Below, piece by piece: positions 18,825 through 23,824 of a stretch of 23,824 nt of DNA; positions within the stretch are counted from its first letter, which is position 1; each line of letters starts with the position of its first letter. The DNA is from Promethearchaeota archaeon (lineage in GTDB: Archaea; Asgardarchaeota; Lokiarchaeia; Sigyniarchaeales; SOKP01). The notes beneath the pieces were generated by a model, which was not told the origin of the DNA, did not search any database, and saw only the letters and a program-made list of their open reading frames with translations. The position numbers and the translations under genes were made by a program. Location of the stretch: assembly GCA_048939015.1 (NCBI GenBank), contig JBHLPW010000012.1, forward strand, positions 1 through 23,824, written 5' to 3'.

Positions 18825-18929
18825 GCAGCTGTAGCCTAGATGGTAAGACGCCGGCCTCGAGTGTATTAATTACTAATCAAGAAAGCCGGTGCGCGAAAGC
18901 GCTCGGGGGTTCGAATCCCTCCAGCTGCG
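18825..18929 (+). tRNA. tRNA-Ser(CGA) with 22-nt intron at canonical position 37/38 (intron 18862..18883)
   Basis: Acceptor GCAGCTG/CAGCTGC, discriminator G, anticodon stem CCGGC/GCCGG, CT-CGA-G|intron|A, long variable arm GCGC-GAAA-GCGC, T arm GGGGG-TTCGAAT-CCCTC. CCA is not encoded (CTA follows). Confidence 0.93.
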
Positions 18930-18944
18930 CTAGTTATAAATGTT

Positions 18945-19880
18945 CTATTGAATAATTTGTAAAATTAAATTTTCCATTTGAGGTTTTGCTGCTTCAATTC
19001 GATCTAATAATGTTATAGTTTTTTCTAAATTAGATGCATCTTCTTCAACAATAAATAGGAGATAAAAATCTAGATTACCAAAATTTAAAACCTCAATTAT
19101 ACCAGAAAATCTTTCTCCACTTTCAAATTTATCTGAAAACTCAAGAAGTGTCCTTTCCTCGTCAACTACTCGTTTTTGTAAATCAATATATATTTCATAT
19201 ATTTTTAATTTCTCTTTTAATTGGAGATGTGGTCTATAATATTCACCAAGAGTGATTCCCTTAGCATCGAACAGTGCTATTAAAATTGAATTGTAATTTT
19301 TACTTAATTCAGAAAATAATTGAGTAACCATTTCAATTTTTTCAAAAAGCATGGATAAACCACTAGAAAAAGCATCCATGATTGATTTAATATCATATAT
19401 TGTCGTTTCAAAGAAAAATATATCAAATGCATTAGAGTAGCGTGTTAAAGCTTGCTTGAGAGTAAGAATTCTTTTATTTATATCTTTATCATTAATAAGT
19501 TGAGGATCGAATTTATGAAACAGAATGCAAATTGGTACATATTCTTGTTCTTCCTTGAAAAAAAGTAAAATTTCTTCCAAATAGTCTATTGACTCAATAT
19601 ACCGATTAAAATCTTGAGCATCTATCACATAGAATAAGAGATCTGTTCCCATAAGATATTTCTCTGGATGTTTCAAATATTCTTCCCTATATTGTTTCTG
19701 TCCTCCGAAATCCATTCTTGTAAACTCAATACCAAGAAATCGAAATGAGTCTCGGGCAATTCTTCTTGTTGGTGTTAATCTAGCTATTTCCTCTTCAAAC
19801 CCGAAGCGTTTCGTGATCGCTGTTATGATACTAGTCTTACCTGCATTATCCAAGCCCATGACTCCAATTTTCTTTGAAAT
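18945..19880 (-). CDS. Rag/Gtr-like small GTPase with C-terminal roadblock-like domain; probable ATT start, 311 aa
   Basis: G1 GLDNAGKTS, G2 PT, G3 DFGGQ, G4 HKFD (His as in Rags), G5 FFETTIYD..SIMDAFS (like Gtr2/RagC TSIYD.SIFEAFS). C-terminal helix + IALFDAKGITLGE fits a roadblock pattern. The beta-1 strand KKIGVM lies upstream of the listed ATG at 19859. Confidence 0.82.
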   Translation of the reverse strand: MSKKIGVMGLDNAGKTSIITAITKRFGFEEEIARLTPTRRIARDSFRFLGIEFTRMDFGGQKQYREEYLKHPEKYLMGTDLLFYVIDAQDFNRYIESIDYLEEILLFFKEEQEYVPICILFHKFDPQLINDKDINKRILTLKQALTRYSNAFDIFFFETTIYDIKSIMDAFSSGLSMLFEKIEMVTQLFSELSKNYNSILIALFDAKGITLGEYYRPHLQLKEKLKIYEIYIDLQKRVVDEERTLLEFSDKFESGERFSGIIEVLNFGNLDFYLLFIVEEDASNLEKTITLLDRIEAAKPQMENLILQIIQ

Positions 19881-20030
19881 ATAACATCACCAATTTCAAA
19901 ATATAAATAGCTCTTAATGAAATGTCTTCTAAATTATTCAATATTAAGAGCAATTAATAAATAATCGCTTTTCGTAAAAGAATAATGATTATTTTAATAT
20001 TTAAGCTTAACGTTTAAAACTGTTTTTATT

Positions 20031-20312
20031 TTAACCTCCAGCAAGAGCATATGATAAGTAAATCTCATCTCCATCATTAAGTCGAGTTTTATAATTTTTT
20101 AGATACTTTATATTACGTCCATTCAATAAAATTAGAATCTGAGGATTAAATTGTTTTTTATTTTTATTCAATAATCCATCATCAAGCTTGTCTTTATGTT
20201 CATTTAAAAATTGAGATATTATATCACCAACAATTTTTCCCTCATATTCAATAAATTTTTTTTTAACTCTAAGCTGGAAAATATTTAATAAATTCAATTT
20301 TACTTTAGCCAT
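20031..20312 (-). CDS. MoaD/ThiS-family ubiquitin-like protein (SAMP/Urm1-type sulfur carrier or modifier)
   Basis: 93 aa, ILILLNGRNI...LNDGDEIYL, C-terminal AGG diglycine. Confidence 0.9.
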   Translation of the reverse strand: MAKVKLNLLNIFQLRVKKKFIEYEGKIVGDIISQFLNEHKDKLDDGLLNKNKKQFNPQILILLNGRNIKYLKNYKTRLNDGDEIYLSYALAGG

Positions 20313-20460
20313 AAGAATACCCTTATAATGCTGTAGATCTTTTAATGTGTATTCAGTTTGAGTTGTTATTTTATTTTTATAAAAAATATATTATTTTTAA
20401 GTTTAATTTTTATCATAAATAGATCAAGCGTTTATCTTTTGATTAATAATAATCTGATAA

Positions 20461-22056
20461 TTAAATAAAAATAGTGATATTATAATTACCCACTATTTTT
20501 ACTTGATCCGTTTTCAAGTTATGTTCTTTAAGCACAGCAATACCTTTTTTATAAATGTCAATTTCCATAAAGGTTTCATCAAATCTCTCTGGATTAAGAT
20601 TTCCACCGTTTGAAAAAATGGTATTATCAATTTTTACATTAAATGATACACTTGGTGAACTATTTAGACAAAGTTCAATCTGGGAATGAGCAAATTGGGC
20701 AAGAATATCACCTGAATCTATTAATTCTGTCCTCCAAATACTTAAAGGAGTGGGTATTAGACTATGAAAACAGCAAACTCCAAATATTTTCTGATGACTA
20801 AGTGATAAAACTTTTTCTATAAATTTGTACATTCTTTTTCGTCCAATAAATCCTTCTGTTGAATCCCGGGTCGTGGAATTTAAACCTTGAAAATATAATT
20901 TTTCATTCTCATATAAAGGGTCAAATTCACCAAAATAATGCCGCCAATAATCCCAAGCTGGAGGTTTTGAATCAGTATAGCCTGGTACAACTATATATGG
21001 ATATTTTAAATTACTTATTTTCTTTTTTGCTATGTCAAACTCTTCCTTATAACTATTTTGTGTTACATTTCCGTTATGTACTACTAAATCAATATCTTTA
21101 ATTGTATTAATTTTAGTTATAGCTTTATCTAAATTGGTGTTTATTGTATCCGATTTTCCACTAATTAAAGAATTTGAAATTTGTATAAATTTACAAATCG
21201 GTTTTTGATTTTTTTCTAATTCTAAAGGAAGATAATAATTGACTTGACGTTGTATTTCACGTTTTGAATTCGAATCTAAAATTGGAATTATCTTAAATTT
21301 AATACTATTATCTTTAATATCTATAACTGAATAAGTGAATAACTCACGATATCTTGTTTTATTACAACAAAATGTCCCCGCGTTTAAAATAAATAAATCT
21401 TTTTCACTACTACTAACAGTATATAAATTTGAAGTATGCCTATGTCCGTTCAAAATTAAATCTGCTTTAGCTTCTAAAAGCATTTTAAGCATATCTCCTG
21501 AATCATCAATCGCAGACCTTTCCTTCCCTGTATTGGGAATTGGGATAAGTTGATGATGAAAACAGACTACTTTAAACTTGTCCTCTCTTTCTTGGCTCTC
21601 TAATCGCTGTCTCACGTCCTCAATAATATTATGATGTATTATTCCTCCAGGTAAATCAGGTTTAGTACTATCTATTCCTATTATATATAACTCATCATCT
21701 TCATATTCATAGTGTCTCTTTCCAACCATTTCTTCAAAAAGTAAATATCCTACATTCATCGCATCATGATTTCCAATAAGAATCATGATTGGACATTTAG
21801 AGATTGGTTTGAATTTTTTGAATTGTTCCATAGCATATTCATAATCTAAAAGAGTACCAGTGTGAGTAATATCTCCAAGATGTAAATAAAGATTAACATT
21901 TTTTATTCTATTTATCTGTTCTATACCTAAATTATATGCATGAAGGTTAAATGGACCTCTAGATCGAGTAATATGAGTATCTGATATTAGAACAATTCTT
22001 TTTTTTGATCTGGTATCATTTTCAGTATTTATTTTAAAACTCCTTTCTGAAATCAT
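20461..22056 (-). CDS. Calcineurin-like metallophosphoesterase (Icc/CpdA-like) with a second degenerate domain
   Basis: Domain 1 has intact motifs SDTH, GDIT, GNHD, HH and GHRH. Domain 2 has ISNS, GNVT, GYTD, FHS and NSSP at the equivalent positions. Confidence 0.88.
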   Translation of the reverse strand: MISERSFKINTENDTRSKKRIVLISDTHITRSRGPFNLHAYNLGIEQINRIKNVNLYLHLGDITHTGTLLDYEYAMEQFKKFKPISKCPIMILIGNHDAMNVGYLLFEEMVGKRHYEYEDDELYIIGIDSTKPDLPGGIIHHNIIEDVRQRLESQEREDKFKVVCFHHQLIPIPNTGKERSAIDDSGDMLKMLLEAKADLILNGHRHTSNLYTVSSSEKDLFILNAGTFCCNKTRYRELFTYSVIDIKDNSIKFKIIPILDSNSKREIQRQVNYYLPLELEKNQKPICKFIQISNSLISGKSDTINTNLDKAITKINTIKDIDLVVHNGNVTQNSYKEEFDIAKKKISNLKYPYIVVPGYTDSKPPAWDYWRHYFGEFDPLYENEKLYFQGLNSTTRDSTEGFIGRKRMYKFIEKVLSLSHQKIFGVCCFHSLIPTPLSIWRTELIDSGDILAQFAHSQIELCLNSSPSVSFNVKIDNTIFSNGGNLNPERFDETFMEIDIYKKGIAVLKEHNLKTDQVKIVGNYNITIFI

Positions 22057-22058
22057 CT

Positions 22059-22799
22059 TTATTTAATTTCCTTTATTTTTGCAGGATGCCCAATATATAC
22101 TGAATCTTCCTCTAATACATCATCAACTTTTGTATAAGAATGAGCAGATAATTTTGCATTTCGCTTAATGTAGGTTCCTGGTAATAATACACATTTAGCT
22201 CCAATTAAAACGTTATCTTCAACAATTACTTTTTTTAAAATAAACTTATCTTGTTCAATTCCAAAACTCAGAAGAGTACTATTCATTCCAATAATAACAT
22301 TCTTACCAATAGACACAAATTCAGAAGAGATCCAGCAATTATCATTTATTCCTTTCTTTCCAATTTTCACTCCAAAAAATCGGAGTGTGAAACGATTTTT
22401 AAACCAAGGTAATGGATTTGAAGCGCTTATAAAAAGTGGCCATTTTTTGATAATATTTCTCATATTCCAATATGAATAATTCTTATCTTTTATATCTCTC
22501 TTAAAGATTCCCTCTTTTGGAAAGAAAACTAATTTAACTAAAGTTAAAGTTAAAAAAGAAATTAATATTGCACTAAATTGTAATAAATATATTAAAATTA
22601 CAATATTTAAAGGGGAAAGTAAAAAGAAGAATAGATATAGTCCTTCCCTCCAAAAAATAATAAGATACGTATATTCAAAGAGAATACTTGGAATAAAACT
22701 AAAAATAATTATGATAGAATAAATTATCAAATATTTTCTTCTTAATTTCTCATCTATAGGTGTTGGAGAATCACCTTTCAAACTTGCGGGTTGGAACAT
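22059..22799 (-). CDS. Membrane protein with left-handed beta-helix (hexapeptide, acyltransferase-like) domain
   Basis: Two hydrophobic N-terminal segments, then PKEG, RFFGVKIGK, VSIGKNVIIG, VEDNVLIGAKCVLLPG and YIGHPAK. Confidence 0.8.
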   Translation of the reverse strand: MFQPASLKGDSPTPIDEKLRRKYLIIYSIIIIFSFIPSILFEYTYLIIFWREGLYLFFFLLSPLNIVILIYLLQFSAILISFLTLTLVKLVFFPKEGIFKRDIKDKNYSYWNMRNIIKKWPLFISASNPLPWFKNRFTLRFFGVKIGKKGINDNCWISSEFVSIGKNVIIGMNSTLLSFGIEQDKFILKKVIVEDNVLIGAKCVLLPGTYIKRNAKLSAHSYTKVDDVLEEDSVYIGHPAKIKEIK

Positions 22800-22802
22800 C
22801 CT

Positions 22803-23669
22803 TCACGTACTCCCTCCGCTATTATTTTTACTATTAAGTTTAGGATTCTCTATAGTGCCTTTTTTTATTCTTTCTGCCTTTTTCTGAGATTCTTCTACGG
22901 ACTGAATTTGAAGAGTCATACTAACTGGAGTACCCACATGGATTAAATCTCCTTCTAGTACTTGGTCTATCCACGTATAGCTATTTACTCCCAAAATAGC
23001 ACCATCTCTGAGGATAGTTCCAGGACTAATTATAGTTTGAGGTCCGACAATGCAAGTTTTCCCGACTTTAACTTTCTTAATTAGAATTTTATCGTGATAA
23101 ATTAGATGTGAAAAAATACAAATGTTTAGAGATGTCATTGTATAATCACCAATCTCTACAAACTCAGGATCTATATAGCCTTCATATGCAACAACATTTC
23201 TACCAATATTAACCCCTAACAAACGGTACACAATAATATCTAACCAAGGTAAAGGTAATGCTCTTGCTAACCAAATTGGAAAATATGCTGTCCAAAATCT
23301 TCGATGAGTATATTTCCATTCTTTACTCCCCCTTTCAAATACACCCTCTTTAGGAGGATAAAGCTTATTTAAGAACTTAAAAATTATAGTCGAAATTAGA
23401 ATAATTGAAAATGCAAATAATAGGATATTACCATAAATATTTAACGGAAGCAAGATCCATTCCCACCACTCACCAACTAAAACATATGGTAGAATGCTCT
23501 TGCCTGTTAAAAGAAAATAGAGATCATTATAGAACCATAGATTTATTAAAATCACTACAATACAACCTACATATAACTGTAGAAGAATGATTAAAGTAAA
23601 TGGCGTTTTAAAAACTCCTGAAGTGGAAATATATTCGATTCCACCTTGAGAATCTCCAGTATTTTCCAT
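22803..23669 (-). CDS. Membrane protein with left-handed beta-helix domain, paralog of 22059..22799
   Basis: Hydrophobic N-terminal helices, PKEGVF, PLPW, RLLGVNIGRN, VEIGD, VKVGKTCIVG and VGTP. Gaps of 2-3 nt between these three genes indicate an operon. Confidence 0.8.
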   Translation of the reverse strand: MENTGDSQGGIEYISTSGVFKTPFTLIILLQLYVGCIVVILINLWFYNDLYFLLTGKSILPYVLVGEWWEWILLPLNIYGNILLFAFSIILISTIIFKFLNKLYPPKEGVFERGSKEWKYTHRRFWTAYFPIWLARALPLPWLDIIVYRLLGVNIGRNVVAYEGYIDPEFVEIGDYTMTSLNICIFSHLIYHDKILIKKVKVGKTCIVGPQTIISPGTILRDGAILGVNSYTWIDQVLEGDLIHVGTPVSMTLQIQSVEESQKKAERIKKGTIENPKLNSKNNSGGST

Positions 23670-23824
23670 TTAGGTTCTCAAATTTTATTATGGTTTCTTT
23701 ATAATATATTATAAGTTTGAAATTAATTAAATAATGATATAAAATTTTGCGAATTGAAATCTAAAAGTAAAAATAATTAAAAACTTATTACACTATGATT
23801 TATATATTATTAAATAAATAAATG

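Noticed and set aside
19881-19898. Selenocysteine/readthrough of TGA extending the Rag-like gene upstream
   Set aside because: There are two in-frame TGAs within four codons, the nearer one is part of the SD motif, and no SECIS-like hairpin is evident.
20859-23590. ORFs 20859..21101, 21335..21553 and 23405..23590 (+)
   Set aside because: Antisense to confident genes, with no motif support.

Overview
AT-rich archaeal chromosomal window that looks like Asgard archaea (Lokiarchaeia-type). That assignment is inferred from a longin-fused small GTPase, a Rag-like GTPase, eS25, a BUD23-like methyltransferase, an intron-containing tRNA-Ser and GGTGA-type Shine-Dalgarno (SD) motifs. The centre (2.1-17.5 kb) is a duplicated two-gene cassette. 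Each copy encodes a ~1900-aa single-pass surface glycoprotein (swappable N-terminal jelly-roll domain, Ig-like stalk, conserved cytoplasmic tail) whose stop codon overlaps the start of a ~370-aa longin/uDENN-like + two-winged-helix protein with NPRL2/NPRL3-like architecture. A longin-Arf-like GTPase gene sits between the two copies, and a Rag-like GTPase-roadblock gene lies about 1.5 kb beyond the second. Together these suggest a candidate surface-receptor to longin-heterodimer to small-GTPase signalling system resembling a proto GATOR1/Rag module (inference, untested). The flanks encode an LRR protein, a form IV RuBisCO-like protein, a MoaD/ThiS ubiquitin-like protein, a tandem metallophosphoesterase and two membrane-bound beta-helix proteins. 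Two genes appear to start at ATT. All family calls are from motif recognition by eye; no searches were run.
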